A program made the position numbers and the translations under genes. The notes beneath the pieces are model-generated. The model saw only the letters and a program-made list of their open reading frames with translations. It ran no database searches and was not told the origin of the DNA. Shown piece by piece: positions 19,467 through 29,861 of a stretch of DNA of 64,000 nt (within the stretch, counting starts at the first letter, position 1; each line of letters opens with the position of its first letter). The stretch is from contig CAZJDA010000004.1 in the NCBI GenBank assembly GCA_964544705.1, forward strand, positions 8,495 to 72,494, written 5' to 3'. The DNA is from an uncultured Bacteroidales bacterium (lineage in GTDB: Bacteria > Bacteroidota > Bacteroidia > Bacteroidales > CAZJDA01).

Positions 19467-22400
19467 ATGAAACAAAGTGTTAAACGCATCCCTACATATA
19501 TTTTTATTGTATTCTTTGCAATTCTATGCTTTGTATTTGCTGAATTGCTTAGGAATAGCAGTATTTATAAACCCAATTTGGATCATATTACCCAGAAGGT
19601 TCAGTCTGTGGTAATTAAAAAACAAAGCAAACTAAACAGTTACCTTAACGATCTTGAAAAAAACTATTATAGTGAAAAAGATGAACTTATAGATCAATAT
19701 AACCAAAAACTCTATCAAGAAGAAGGGTTTGCATTTTATATATACAATCAAGATTCACTTGAGTTTTGGTCAGTAAACACGATTCCTATAGACCATGAGC
19801 TTTTGAATAAAACAAGTGGTGGGCTTAAACTCAAGAATGGATGGTATATTTCACAGAAGATAGAATCCGGCAATAACACTTTTATTGGTGTTTACCTGTT
19901 AAAACGCTCTTATAAATATTCCAATCGATACTTGCAAAATGATTTTGAAGAGTCTTTTCCAAAAGTTCTCCAGGGGCAAATAACCAAGATACAAGGAAAT
20001 TACACCATTAAAGGAATGAATGGAGAATACCTGTTTTCCATACATTATAAAGAAGGCTCCAACATCAATAGTACTATTAAATATATCATTTATTTTTTCT
20101 ACTTAGCCGGAATTGTATTATTGATTATTTTTCTACACAAGATTAGAAAACGGTTGTTGAAGAAACACAATAGCATTCTTATCAATGGGTTGTTTATTGC
20201 TGCCATTATTTTGTTACGATACTTTTCATTCATGTATCATTTTCCGGGAATAATATATGAAAGCAAAATATTTCATCCGTTTTATTATGCAACTTCTGAC
20301 TATCTTCCATCTTTTGGTGATTTTATTGTGAATGTGATACTCGTGTTCTATATTTCGCTTTTTATTTTTAATAGGTCCAACACAAAAGTAAACCTCAAAA
20401 CATCTTCTGGTTTTCTGAATATTTTATTTGCAACCCTTATCCTGGTGTTGGTTTTTATTTTTGCAGGTTATAGCTTAGACCTTTTTGAAGGGTTGGTGCT
20501 TAATTCTAATATCGTTTTTTCAATAGATAATATCTTTTCCTTAGATATCCTCAGTTTTTTGGGATTTATTAGTATGGCATTGATAATATTCAGTCATTTT
20601 CTTCTTTCCTATGTTTTTTTGCGCATAGTATCCAAACTGTTTACTCATCATCTTGGCCTTGTAATAGCATTTTTTCTTGCATTAGCCTTATTTTTACTCT
20701 TAGATGTATTATTTTTTAGGGAAAACATCCTTTACTTGGTGCCCTTCTTTGTTGTTTCGGGCATAGTGATATACAGGGAATTTTATTCAAGAAATACATT
20801 TACATTCCCATTAATTGCGCTATATATCTTTGTTTTTTCGGTTTTTTCCACCCTTGTATTAAATAGCTTAAAAGACTACAAAGAAAAGGAATATAGGAAA
20901 ATTCTTGCTTATGACCTTTCTTCTGAAAAAGACCCTATAGCGGAATCTATTTTTTTGGAAATAGAACAGCAAGTTAAAAACGATGAAAGTCTTAAAGAAA
21001 TGCTTAAAGACTATCCTGATAACCAAGAAGAAATTGTTAAGCAAGTAGAAAGACATTTTAAAGGCTATTGGTATAAATTCGACATGTTTATTACTTTATG
21101 TGCAGAAAATGAGAGACTTATTATAAAGCCTTCTTATGTTGAGGCCAACTGTTTTGATTTTTTTGAAGAAATGATCAAAGATGTTGGTCAACATACATTG
21201 AGCGGTAGTTTGTATTATTTAGATAATAATACCGGGCGCAACAGCTATTTGGCAGTCTTTAGGATGGGAAGCGATACATTGGAACGGCCAACCATTTTTA
21301 TTGAACTCAATTCTAAGTATGCTCCTAAAGACCTTGGTTACCCGGAGTTGCTTATTGATGAAAGTACAATGAAACCCGGGCAATTTGCTGATTATTCATA
21401 TGCTAAATATGAGCAAGGAGAACTATATTCTAACTATGGTAAATACTTTTATAGCCTTAACCTTAAAAAAGAACTCAAAGAGGGTTCAGAAACATTTTTC
21501 GACCGCAATGGCTATAACCACTTACTTTATAAACCCGATGACGATACAACCATTATTATTAGCAAAAAGAATGAAAGCTTGCTTAGCATTATTTCACCTT
21601 TTTCATACTTATTTATTATTCATACCCTAATTGTTTTCTTGATAATCAGTATTGTGATAAAAATACCAGGAAAAATCAATTTTCAAATGAATCTAAAGGC
21701 TAGGATACAATCTTCTATTGTAATTATACTTTTGCTTTCATTTGTGATAATTGGAACAGGCTCGGTTTTATACATAATCAATATTTATGAGAAGAAGAAC
21801 TTTAACCAAATAAGCGAAAAAATGCATTCTATCCTCATTGAGCTTGAGCATAAATTATCACATGAAGATGAACTTACCCCGGAGATGAGCGAATATCTTA
21901 TGGACCTACTTATCAAATTCCAGAATGTTTTTTTTACTGATATCAATATTTATGACCTTGACGGTAACTTATTGGCTTCATCAAGGCCAAAAGTTTTTAC
22001 TGAAGGCCTTACTTCCACTAAAATGAATGCGGAAGCATTTCACCGGATGAATGATAGGAAACAATTTCTTTACCTTCATGAAGAGAAAATTGGGGACTTA
22101 GAATATTTATCGGCCTATGTCCCGTTTAGAAACAATAATAATAAGCATATTGCTTACTTGAATTTGCCATATTTTGCTAAACAAAATGAGCTTCAAGAAG
22201 AAATAGCTTCTTTTATGGTTACTTTTATCAATATTTACTTGTTGCTCATAGCTATCTCACTAATAATAGCTGTATTGATATCTTCGCATATCACTAAACC
22301 TCTGCAATTGATCAGGGAAAAGTTGGGAGGAGTTATCTATGGTAAGAGCAATGAAAAAATACAATGGAAAAGAAATGATGAAATAGGTAAGCTTATTAAT

Positions 22401-23135
22401 GAATATAACAGGATGGTTGATGAATTGGAAAACAGTGCAAAGTTGCTTGCCAAGTCTGAAAGAGAAAGTGCTTGGCGCGAGATGGCTAAACAGGTGGCTC
22501 ATGAAATAAAAAACCCGCTCACACCAATGAAGCTGAATATCCAGTATTTATACAAAGCTTGGAAAGATAAAGCACCTGACTGGGAAAATAGGCTTAAAAC
22601 CTTCACCTATTCCTTAATAGAGCAAATAGACACACTGTCAAAAATTGCTACTGAGTTTTCTGATTTCGCTAAAATGCCTATTACTCATAAAAACAAAGTA
22701 GATATTGTACCTTTAGTCAAAAACGTTGCAGACCTATACAACGATAAAGAAGAAGTGGTTATAAAAATTGTTAATAAGACGGGTTCACAAGTTCTTATTT
22801 ATGCTGATAGGGAGCAATTATTAAGAGTATTCAACAATCTTATAACCAATTCATTACAGGCAAAAAGGCCAAATACTAAATGCATTATTCATATTATCGA
22901 AGAAAGAGAACAGAATTTTTGCAAAATAAGTATAATAGACAATGGCAAGGGAATTCCTAAAGAGCAACAAGAGAAAATATTTTCACCTAGCTTTACTACA
23001 AAATCAAGTGGTATGGGGCTTGGCCTTGCTATGGTGAAAAATATTGTTGAAATTACAGGTGGTAGAATAAAGTTTGAATCTGAAGTTGATGTGGGCACAA
23101 GTTTTTATATTTGGCTACCGGTATACAAAGGTTAA
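19467..23135 (+). CDS. Large multi-pass sensor histidine kinase (NtrY-like HisKA/HATPase_c core)
   Basis: 1222 aa with a long polytopic N-terminal region. H-box AHEIKNPLTPM, N-box LITNSLQA, G-boxes DNGKGIP and TKSSGMGLGLAMVKNIVE. No response regulator gene is adjacent. Confidence 0.85.
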   Translation: MKQSVKRIPTYIFIVFFAILCFVFAELLRNSSIYKPNLDHITQKVQSVVIKKQSKLNSYLNDLEKNYYSEKDELIDQYNQKLYQEEGFAFYIYNQDSLEFWSVNTIPIDHELLNKTSGGLKLKNGWYISQKIESGNNTFIGVYLLKRSYKYSNRYLQNDFEESFPKVLQGQITKIQGNYTIKGMNGEYLFSIHYKEGSNINSTIKYIIYFFYLAGIVLLIIFLHKIRKRLLKKHNSILINGLFIAAIILLRYFSFMYHFPGIIYESKIFHPFYYATSDYLPSFGDFIVNVILVFYISLFIFNRSNTKVNLKTSSGFLNILFATLILVLVFIFAGYSLDLFEGLVLNSNIVFSIDNIFSLDILSFLGFISMALIIFSHFLLSYVFLRIVSKLFTHHLGLVIAFFLALALFLLLDVLFFRENILYLVPFFVVSGIVIYREFYSRNTFTFPLIALYIFVFSVFSTLVLNSLKDYKEKEYRKILAYDLSSEKDPIAESIFLEIEQQVKNDESLKEMLKDYPDNQEEIVKQVERHFKGYWYKFDMFITLCAENERLIIKPSYVEANCFDFFEEMIKDVGQHTLSGSLYYLDNNTGRNSYLAVFRMGSDTLERPTIFIELNSKYAPKDLGYPELLIDESTMKPGQFADYSYAKYEQGELYSNYGKYFYSLNLKKELKEGSETFFDRNGYNHLLYKPDDDTTIIISKKNESLLSIISPFSYLFIIHTLIVFLIISIVIKIPGKINFQMNLKARIQSSIVIILLLSFVIIGTGSVLYIINIYEKKNFNQISEKMHSILIELEHKLSHEDELTPEMSEYLMDLLIKFQNVFFTDINIYDLDGNLLASSRPKVFTEGLTSTKMNAEAFHRMNDRKQFLYLHEEKIGDLEYLSAYVPFRNNNNKHIAYLNLPYFAKQNELQEEIASFMVTFINIYLLLIAISLIIAVLISSHITKPLQLIREKLGGVIYGKSNEKIQWKRNDEIGKLINEYNRMVDELENSAKLLAKSERESAWREMAKQVAHEIKNPLTPMKLNIQYLYKAWKDKAPDWENRLKTFTYSLIEQIDTLSKIATEFSDFAKMPITHKNKVDIVPLVKNVADLYNDKEEVVIKIVNKTGSQVLIYADREQLLRVFNNLITNSLQAKRPNTKCIIHIIEEREQNFCKISIIDNGKGIPKEQQEKIFSPSFTTKSSGMGLGLAMVKNIVEITGGRIKFESEVDVGTSFYIWLPVYKG

Positions 23136-23201
23136 AAGTTGCTGTAACAATATCTTGCATAAAATAAAACATGTTGAAAATTTAAAAGCAGATTAATCCC
23201 A

Positions 23202-23957
23202 ATGAAAATAATCACGTACAATGTTAATGGCATAAGAGCTGCCTTAAAGAAGGATTTTACCGGTTGGTTAACAAAAGCTTCACCAGATGTTTTATGCATC
23301 CAGGAGATAAAAGCCAATCACCAACAAATACCTGTAGAAGAGCTGGAAAAGATTGGGTATAAACACCAATGGTTCTCTGCTCAAAAAAAGGGTTATAGTG
23401 GTGTGGGAATCTTATCAAAAAAAAACCCGGGGCAAGTTACTTATGGAATGGGGATCAAGAAATATGATGACGAAGGTAGGCTTATAATCATGGAATTCAA
23501 CGGCCTTAGCATTATCAATGTTTATCATCCGTCAGGAACCAATCCAGAAAGACAGGACTTTAAAATGAAATGGCTGGATGATTTTTATGATTTCATCCAT
23601 GACACAAAAATGTCTAAAAAGAATTTGATTATTTGTGGCGATTTTAATATTTGCCATAAACCTATTGATATCCATGATCCGGTTCGTCATAAAAACTCAT
23701 CCGGTTTTCTGCAGGAAGAAAGAGAATGGATGAGTAAATTCTTGGAATCAGGTTTTATCGATTCTTTTAGGTATTATAATCCCCAACCTCACCAATATTC
23801 ATGGTGGAGCTATAGAGGCCGGGCAAGAGAAAAAAATTTGGGATGGCGCTTAGATTATAACATGGTTAGTAACAACTTGCAAAAAGAGATAAAGCGTGCC
23901 GCTATTTTAAAAGAAGCAAAACATTCAGACCATTGTCCAGTGTTGTTAGAATTATAA
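23202..23957 (+). CDS. xth: Exodeoxyribonuclease III
   Basis: 251 aa. MKIITYNVNGIRAALKK, LCIQEIK, GYSGVGI, GDFNICH and SDHCPV are the hallmark EEP/ExoIII motifs. Confidence 0.9.
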   Translation: MKIITYNVNGIRAALKKDFTGWLTKASPDVLCIQEIKANHQQIPVEELEKIGYKHQWFSAQKKGYSGVGILSKKNPGQVTYGMGIKKYDDEGRLIIMEFNGLSIINVYHPSGTNPERQDFKMKWLDDFYDFIHDTKMSKKNLIICGDFNICHKPIDIHDPVRHKNSSGFLQEEREWMSKFLESGFIDSFRYYNPQPHQYSWWSYRGRAREKNLGWRLDYNMVSNNLQKEIKRAAILKEAKHSDHCPVLLEL

Positions 23958-24097
23958 TTGCTAACGAAGCCTCTTAAATTTAGCATATTTTGGGATAATG
24001 CTAAATAAAACATTGTTACCATACTATAAACAATTGATTTTTAGGCGATATTGATTTTTTGTTAAAAAATTCTTTCTCTTTTTTAATCGTGTAATTC

Positions 24098-24105
24098 TAT
24101 CTTTG
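24098..24105 (+). promoter_or_regulatory. Bacteroidota-type -7 promoter box (TAnnTTTG) upstream of parE
   Basis: TATCTTTG. It contains the TTG that the ORF track used as the start (24103), which argues for the ATG at 24124 instead. Confidence 0.45.
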
Positions 24106-24123
24106 CAAAAAATACAAGAAATT

Positions 24124-25962
24124 ATGAGCAGCAACTACACAGAAGATAGTGTAAGATCATTAGACTGGAAAGAGCACATTAGGATTCGCCCTGGTATGTA
24201 TATTGGAAAGCTTGGAGATGGCACCTCGCAAGATGATGGCATTTATGTATTGATCAAAGAAGTTATCGATAATTCCATTGATGAGTACGTGATGGGTTTT
24301 GGGAGAACCATTGAAATAAAACTTAACGAGAAGAGAGTTACCATCCGCGATTATGGACGGGGCATACCACTTGGTAAAGTACTGGATTGCGTTTCTAAGA
24401 TCAATACTGGCGCAAAATATGATTCAAAAGCATTCAAAAAATCTGTTGGGTTAAATGGTGTTGGAACAAAAGCGGTGAATGCACTTTCATCCCATTTTAT
24501 AGCCCAATCATTCAGAGACGGCAAAACCAAGTACGTAGAATTTGCGCAAGGCAACCTGGAAATTGATGCTAAAGAAGAGCCTTCTAAAGATAGAAATGGC
24601 ACAAAAGTTATTTTTATTCCTGATAAAGAAATTTTTGGCGAATATCGATATATTAAGGATTATATTGAAAAACTGCTTTGGAATTATGCCTATTTAAACA
24701 CCGGGTTAACCATTTATTTTAACGGTGAAAAGATCAAATCGGAAAATGGCCTGTTAGATTTATTAAAGAACAACATTGGAAATTCGTTCCTTTATCCAGC
24801 CATACATATAAAAGAAGAGGAGTTTGAATGTGCATTTACGCATATAGCAGGTAAGTATGGAGAAGAATTTTTTTCTTTTGTAAATGGGCAACATACCACA
24901 CAAGGTGGAACCCACTTAACAGCATTCCGCGAAGCCCTTGTTAAAACCATTAGAGAATTTTATAAAAAGGATTTTCACCCCAGCGATATTAGGCAGTCTA
25001 TTGCCGCGGCTATTAGTATCAAGGTTCAAGAGCCTGTGTTTGAATCCCAGACCAAGACGAAGCTCGGTTCACAGCATATTGAACTCAATGGCGTTACCAT
25101 CAGGAATTACGTTAATGATATTATAAAACGCAACCTGGATAATTATCTTCATATAAACCCGCAGACGGCTGAAGCGCTGCTAAAGAAAATTCAACAATCA
25201 GAAAAAGAAAGAAAAGAGATTGCTAATATCAAGAAATTAGCGAAAGAAAGCATCAAAAAGGTGAGCCTGCATAATAAGAAATTACGGGATTGCCGTGTGC
25301 ACTATAATACCCAGCAAAATAACAGGCAAGAATCCACCATTTTTATTACGGAGGGCGATTCGGCGAGCGGCTCTATCACAAAGTCGAGAAATGTAAATAC
25401 CCAGGCTGTTTTTAGCCTTAAAGGAAAACCTTTGAACGCTTATGGCTTAAGCAAGAAAGTAGTTTACGAAAATGAAGAATTCAACTTATTGCAATCGGCA
25501 TTAAGTATTGAAGATGGCTTAGAAAACCTGCGTTATAATAAAATTATTATTGCTACTGATGCTGATGTTGACGGGATGCATATACGGTTGCTTTTATTAA
25601 CCTTTTTCCTTCAATTCTATCCAGAAATTGTGAAAGCAGGCCATTTGTATATATTGCAAACACCACTTTTTAGGGTGAGAAATAAAAAAACTACCTTTTA
25701 TGCCTATAATGAAAAAGAAAAACAAACCGCTATAAAAAAATTGGGTAAAAATTATGAAGTAACAAGGTTTAAGGGGCTTGGAGAAATATCTCCCGACGAA
25801 TTTAAGCATTTTATTGGCAAATCTATTAGGTTGGAACCTGTTATTCTTTCCAGTGATATGTCGATAAAAGAAACCTTGACTTTTTATATGGGCAAAAACA
25901 CACCGGACAGGCAAAAATTTATTGTGAATAATCTAAGGGTGGAAGCAGAAACGTTGGAATAG
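24124..25962 (+). CDS. parE: DNA topoisomerase IV subunit B (type IIA topoisomerase ATPase subunit)
   Basis: GHKL ATPase motifs ([22 protein letters not shown]), Toprim EGDSA and PLx[12 protein letters not shown]. The ~612-aa length and the [17 protein letters not shown]-terminus fit Bacteroidota ParE rather than GyrB. Confidence 0.8.
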   Translation: MSSNYTEDSVRSLDWKEHIRIRPGMYIGKLGDGTSQDDGIYVLIKEVIDNSIDEYVMGFGRTIEIKLNEKRVTIRDYGRGIPLGKVLDCVSKINTGAKYDSKAFKKSVGLNGVGTKAVNALSSHFIAQSFRDGKTKYVEFAQGNLEIDAKEEPSKDRNGTKVIFIPDKEIFGEYRYIKDYIEKLLWNYAYLNTGLTIYFNGEKIKSENGLLDLLKNNIGNSFLYPAIHIKEEEFECAFTHIAGKYGEEFFSFVNGQHTTQGGTHLTAFREALVKTIREFYKKDFHPSDIRQSIAAAISIKVQEPVFESQTKTKLGSQHIELNGVTIRNYVNDIIKRNLDNYLHINPQTAEALLKKIQQSEKERKEIANIKKLAKESIKKVSLHNKKLRDCRVHYNTQQNNRQESTIFITEGDSASGSITKSRNVNTQAVFSLKGKPLNAYGLSKKVVYENEEFNLLQSALSIEDGLENLRYNKIIIATDADVDGMHIRLLLLTFFLQFYPEIVKAGHLYILQTPLFRVRNKKTTFYAYNEKEKQTAIKKLGKNYEVTRFKGLGEISPDEFKHFIGKSIRLEPVILSSDMSIKETLTFYMGKNTPDRQKFIVNNLRVEAETLE

Positions 25963-26065
25963 AAGTATACAAGAAAATTATTTGATATTCATTCTATTTC
26001 ATGTGAACCAACTCCGCAATTAACTGTATTATCCAATAAATTACGAACCCGTAAAAACTAAAACT

Positions 26066-26327
26066 ATGTCTGTATTAGTAGGAAAAAAAGCGCCGGATTT
26101 CAAAGCTCCGGCAGTTATTAATTGATAAAGAAGGAATTGTCCGTCACCAAGTAGTTAATGATATGCCACTAGGTAGAAGTGTTGAAGAAACCTTAAGAAT
26201 GGTGGATGCACTTAGGTTTTATGAAACGAATGGCGAGGTTTGCCCGGCAGATTGGCACCAAGGAGAAGATACCCTAAAAGAGGTTGCTAATAGCATAGCC
26301 GATTATCTTGGAAAACATAAAGATTGA
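26066..26327 (+). pseudogene. 2-Cys peroxiredoxin (AhpC/Tsa family) relic with a large internal deletion and frameshift
   Basis: MSVLVGKKAPDFKAPAVIN then a stop (26123-26125). In the +1 frame from 26121: IDKEGIVRHQVVNDMPLGRSVEETLRMVDALRFYETNGEVCPADWHQGEDTLKEVANSIADYLGKHKD. N- and C-terminal peroxiredoxin segments are present, but the middle, including the peroxidatic FTFVCPTE region, is missing. Confidence 0.75.
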
Positions 26328-26431
26328 TTTTGTTTTGTTTGAATGATGTAATATTTATTTTCTGTTTTTAATTTAAATTTGCTTTTATCAAGCGAATTTA
26401 AATTTATACTCAAATTTTGTGGTTCCTCTTT

Positions 26432-26457
26432 AATCGTAGCATTGCTACGATTTTTTA
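26432..26457 (+). terminator. Rho-independent terminator (downstream of the peroxiredoxin relic)
   Basis: AATCGTAGC-att-GCTACGATT stem followed by a T-run (TTTTTT). A second 13-bp AT-rich hairpin lies at 26370-26404. Confidence 0.6.
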
Positions 26458-26692
26458 TTAGGCAGCTTCCGACAGGGGTCGGATACGTTCAGCTACTCAT
26501 ATATGCAAGATAGTTTTATGTGTTCATTATTGAACATTTCATGTTTACTCCCGAACATTATTTTTGAGGAATTTACCAGCCAATACAGCGTAGAGTGCTG
26601 ATATATTGGCTTATATAGTTATTGGCACGTTTATTTATAGTATGAAAGCGGGCGTAGCCCTGGGTTAAATAATGGTTAATTAATTGGGTTAA

Positions 26693-26716
26693 GGGAGGAG
26701 AAAATCCTCCCTTTTT
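26693..26716 (+). terminator. Rho-independent terminator-like hairpin 40 nt upstream of tolC
   Basis: GGGAGGA-gaaaa-TCCTCCC followed by TTTTT. Confidence 0.55.
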
Positions 26717-26756
26717 AAGAAAATCCTTATTTGTTGAATGATTAAAAGCTTAAGCC

Positions 26757-28109
26757 ATGATAAATAATAAATATTTCATTTTCTATATATTGATAATCGC
26801 AACCTCGGTTCAATGTTTTTCTCAAAAAGAATGGACTTTAGAAAAATGCATAGAATATGCCAAGGAGAACAATTTAATGATTAAAGAGCAAGCTATCAAT
26901 ACTTCACTATTGGAAGCTGATTACAAGCAAAGCTATTATAATATTACGCCTAGGTTAACAGGGTATGGGCAACATTCTTATAATTACGGGAAAACTGTAG
27001 ACCGTTATACCAATGAATTTGCCACTACCCGCGTTTTATCAGAAGATTTTTATGTAAGTGGACGGTTTGATATTTTTAATGGACTTCAGAACCTAAATAC
27101 CATAAAGAAAAGAAAACTAGACCTGCAAGCAAGCCAATATGATAAGCAACAAGTAATGGAAGATATTACCTTGGAAGTAGCATCTGCTTTTCTTGATATT
27201 CTTTATTTTACTGAAAACCTTGAAATAACCAAGAACCAGCATCAAATCAGTCTTTCGCAATTAAGGAAAACCAAAGTGTTGGTAGAAGGCGGTAAATTGG
27301 CCAAAAAAGACTTGTTGCAAATTCAATCCCAAGCAGCGACGGAAGAAGTTAACATGATCAGAGCCCAAAATAGCTTTGATATTGCGGTATTACGTTTAAA
27401 AAACTTGTTGGAGCTCGACACTGTTGAGAATTTTACGATCAATAAGCCAGTTATTAGTATTGGAGAATATGGTGAGATTACTTATTCAGTGCAGGATATC
27501 TATGAACAAGCTCTCACCTCTAAACCCGGGATAAAAAGCGCAGAAACAAAAATAAAAAGCGCAGAGAAGAATCTTGATATACAAAGAGGGAAAAGATACC
27601 CGCAATTGGAGGTTACAGGATATTTGGCAACAGGTTATTCGGGGGCAAGCAAAAGGATTACGGAAACAGGCGACTACGAGAAAATACCCTATTCGCAACA
27701 AATAGAAGATAACTTTAGCAAATCTTTTGGTTTTCAGCTCACCATCCCAATATTCAACCGCTGGCATACTCAAACTGCTATCAAAAAGGCCAAGGTAGAA
27801 ATGCTAAGGTCGGAAAACCAGTTGGAGCAGCAAAAAAATGCTATGCAAAAAATTATTAAAGAAGCCTATGCTGATGCTATAGCAGCCTTTAAAGAATATA
27901 ATGCTGCAAAAAAATCTCTTGATGCTTCTAAAGAGGCTTTTAAGTATACCGCACAAAAATTCAATCTTGGCGCTGCCAGTTCTATCGAGTATAATGAGGC
28001 AAAGAACAACCTCAACAATGCCCAAGCACAGTTATTGCAATCAAAATTTAATTATGTTTTCAAAGTAAAAATCCTCGATTTTTATAATAACAAACCCTTG
28101 AGCCTATAA
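26757..28109 (+). CDS. TolC-family outer-membrane efflux protein
   Basis: 450 aa with a signal peptide. WTLEKCIEYAKENNLMIK is the typical OEP N-terminus. Two repeated coiled-coil/OEP halves are present, and the protein ends ...KILDFYNNKPLSL. Confidence 0.85.
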   Translation: MINNKYFIFYILIIATSVQCFSQKEWTLEKCIEYAKENNLMIKEQAINTSLLEADYKQSYYNITPRLTGYGQHSYNYGKTVDRYTNEFATTRVLSEDFYVSGRFDIFNGLQNLNTIKKRKLDLQASQYDKQQVMEDITLEVASAFLDILYFTENLEITKNQHQISLSQLRKTKVLVEGGKLAKKDLLQIQSQAATEEVNMIRAQNSFDIAVLRLKNLLELDTVENFTINKPVISIGEYGEITYSVQDIYEQALTSKPGIKSAETKIKSAEKNLDIQRGKRYPQLEVTGYLATGYSGASKRITETGDYEKIPYSQQIEDNFSKSFGFQLTIPIFNRWHTQTAIKKAKVEMLRSENQLEQQKNAMQKIIKEAYADAIAAFKEYNAAKKSLDASKEAFKYTAQKFNLGAASSIEYNEAKNNLNNAQAQLLQSKFNYVFKVKILDFYNNKPLSL

Positions 28110-28300
28110 AAATAATACATTCTTATCTCACCTCTTTATAGCACAAAACCAGTTAGTTAAGGCTATTTTGTTTAAAAGATTTAATAAAAGGTCATAATAA
28201 GTTAGGCTTGTTAGGTGAATTTTTATTTAATTTGCTTGTTTTTTGGGAAGTAAAATTTTAATTTTACTTTTCACAATTTTGTTAAACAAAATTTAATCTT

Positions 28301-29848
28301 ATGTCATTAAAACAAAAGACACTGGATCTAAGAAAAAGGATGCAGCAGGCTATCCAAGGCGGAGGCACCAAAGCTATTGAAAAGCAAGTTGCTATGGGCA
28401 AGATGACGGCACGCGAAAGGATTATCTCGTTGCTCGACCCCAAATCTTTTCATGAATATGATCTTTTTGTTGAGCATACAGCCAAGGATTTTGATATGGA
28501 CAAAAAACGGCTGCCAGGCGATGGTGTTATTACCGGTACAGGAAGTATTAACGGCCATCCGGTATGTATATACGCACAGGACTTTACTGTGGCTGGTGGT
28601 TCGCTTGGACTTGCACACGCCCGGAAAATAACCAAGATCATGGACCATGCCATGAAATTGAAAGTGCCTATTATTGGTATCAATGATTCCGGTGGAGCAC
28701 GTATTCAAGAAGGTGTTAACTCCCTTGCTGGTTATGGAGAAATATTCTTCCGTAATACACAAGGATCAGGTGTGATACCCCAGATTTCCGTTATCCTTGG
28801 GCCATGTGCTGGAGGAGCTGTTTATTCTCCAGCGCTTACGGATTTTGTTTTCGTGGTGGATAAAATTTCTAAAATGTTTATCACCGGCCCCGAGGTTATC
28901 AAGTCAGTTCTTGGAGAAGAAATCACTATGGAAGAGCTGGGAGGAGCCAAGATACACTCGGAAATAACCGGTAATGCTCATTTTTACGCAGAAAGTGAAA
29001 TTGAATGTTTTGAACAGATAAAGAAGCTCTTTTCTTTTATCCCTTGGAATAACACGCGCAAAGCAGAGAAATTTTCTGCTAAATCCCCTAAGTCCAAAAC
29101 ATATAGCATCAGCAAGATATTCCCATCCGATCCGAAAGAACCTTATGACGTGCGTAATATTATCAGGGCACTTGTTGATGATTCCGATTTTTTTGAAATA
29201 CAAGAACTTTTTGCTTCCAATATTGTGATTGGTTTTGGAAGGTTAAAAGGCGAAACAGCAGGCTTTGTTGCAAACCAACCTCTTGTGTTGGCAGGTGTAT
29301 TAGACGTGGACTCATCCGATAAAGCCGCCAGGTTCATTAGGTTCTGCAATGCCTTTAATATTCCATTGGTAACTTTGGTGGACCTACCGGGTTACTTGCC
29401 AGGCATTGACCAAGAGCATGCAGGTGTTATACGCCATGGCGCTAAAATACTTTACTCTTATTCAGAAGCAACCGTTCCAAAAATTACAGTAATACTGAGA
29501 AAAGCATATGGTGGAGGATATATTGCCATGTGCTCAAGACATCTAAGGGCTGATTTTGTTTTTGCTTGGCCTACTGCAGAAATTGCTGTCATGGGGTCTG
29601 AGGGAGCAGCCAATATCATTTTCAGGAAGGAAATAAAGGCTGCTAAAGACCCTGATGCAGTTAGAAAACAAAAGGTAAAAGAATATAAAGAAAAATTTGC
29701 CAATCCTTATGTTGCCGCAGCCAATGGTTATGTTGATGCAGTGATAAGGCCTAGCGAAACTAGGGGCTTTATAGTACATGCACTTGAAATTTCGGCTGAG
29801 AAAAATGAATCGAGGCCAAAGAAAAAACATGGAATACCACCATTTTAA
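28301..29848 (+). CDS. Acyl-CoA carboxyltransferase subunit (propionyl-CoA carboxylase beta / methylmalonyl-CoA decarboxylase alpha family)
   Basis: 515 aa. GGGTKAIEKQVAMGKMTARERI, DFTVAGGSLG, INDSGGARIQEG, GPCAGGAVYSPALTDF and RKAYGGGYIAM are conserved carboxyltransferase blocks. Confidence 0.9.
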   Translation: MSLKQKTLDLRKRMQQAIQGGGTKAIEKQVAMGKMTARERIISLLDPKSFHEYDLFVEHTAKDFDMDKKRLPGDGVITGTGSINGHPVCIYAQDFTVAGGSLGLAHARKITKIMDHAMKLKVPIIGINDSGGARIQEGVNSLAGYGEIFFRNTQGSGVIPQISVILGPCAGGAVYSPALTDFVFVVDKISKMFITGPEVIKSVLGEEITMEELGGAKIHSEITGNAHFYAESEIECFEQIKKLFSFIPWNNTRKAEKFSAKSPKSKTYSISKIFPSDPKEPYDVRNIIRALVDDSDFFEIQELFASNIVIGFGRLKGETAGFVANQPLVLAGVLDVDSSDKAARFIRFCNAFNIPLVTLVDLPGYLPGIDQEHAGVIRHGAKILYSYSEATVPKITVILRKAYGGGYIAMCSRHLRADFVFAWPTAEIAVMGSEGAANIIFRKEIKAAKDPDAVRKQKVKEYKEKFANPYVAAANGYVDAVIRPSETRGFIVHALEISAEKNESRPKKKHGIPPF

Positions 29849-29861
29849 AAAAGCTTAGCTT

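Noticed and set aside
28249-28291. AT-rich palindromes upstream of the carboxyltransferase gene (AGTAAAATTTTAATTTTACT at 28249-28268 and TTTTGTTAAACAAAA at 28277-28291) as possible operators
   Set aside because: Palindromes composed almost only of A/T are expected by chance in this base composition, and no second copy or partner regulator is seen.
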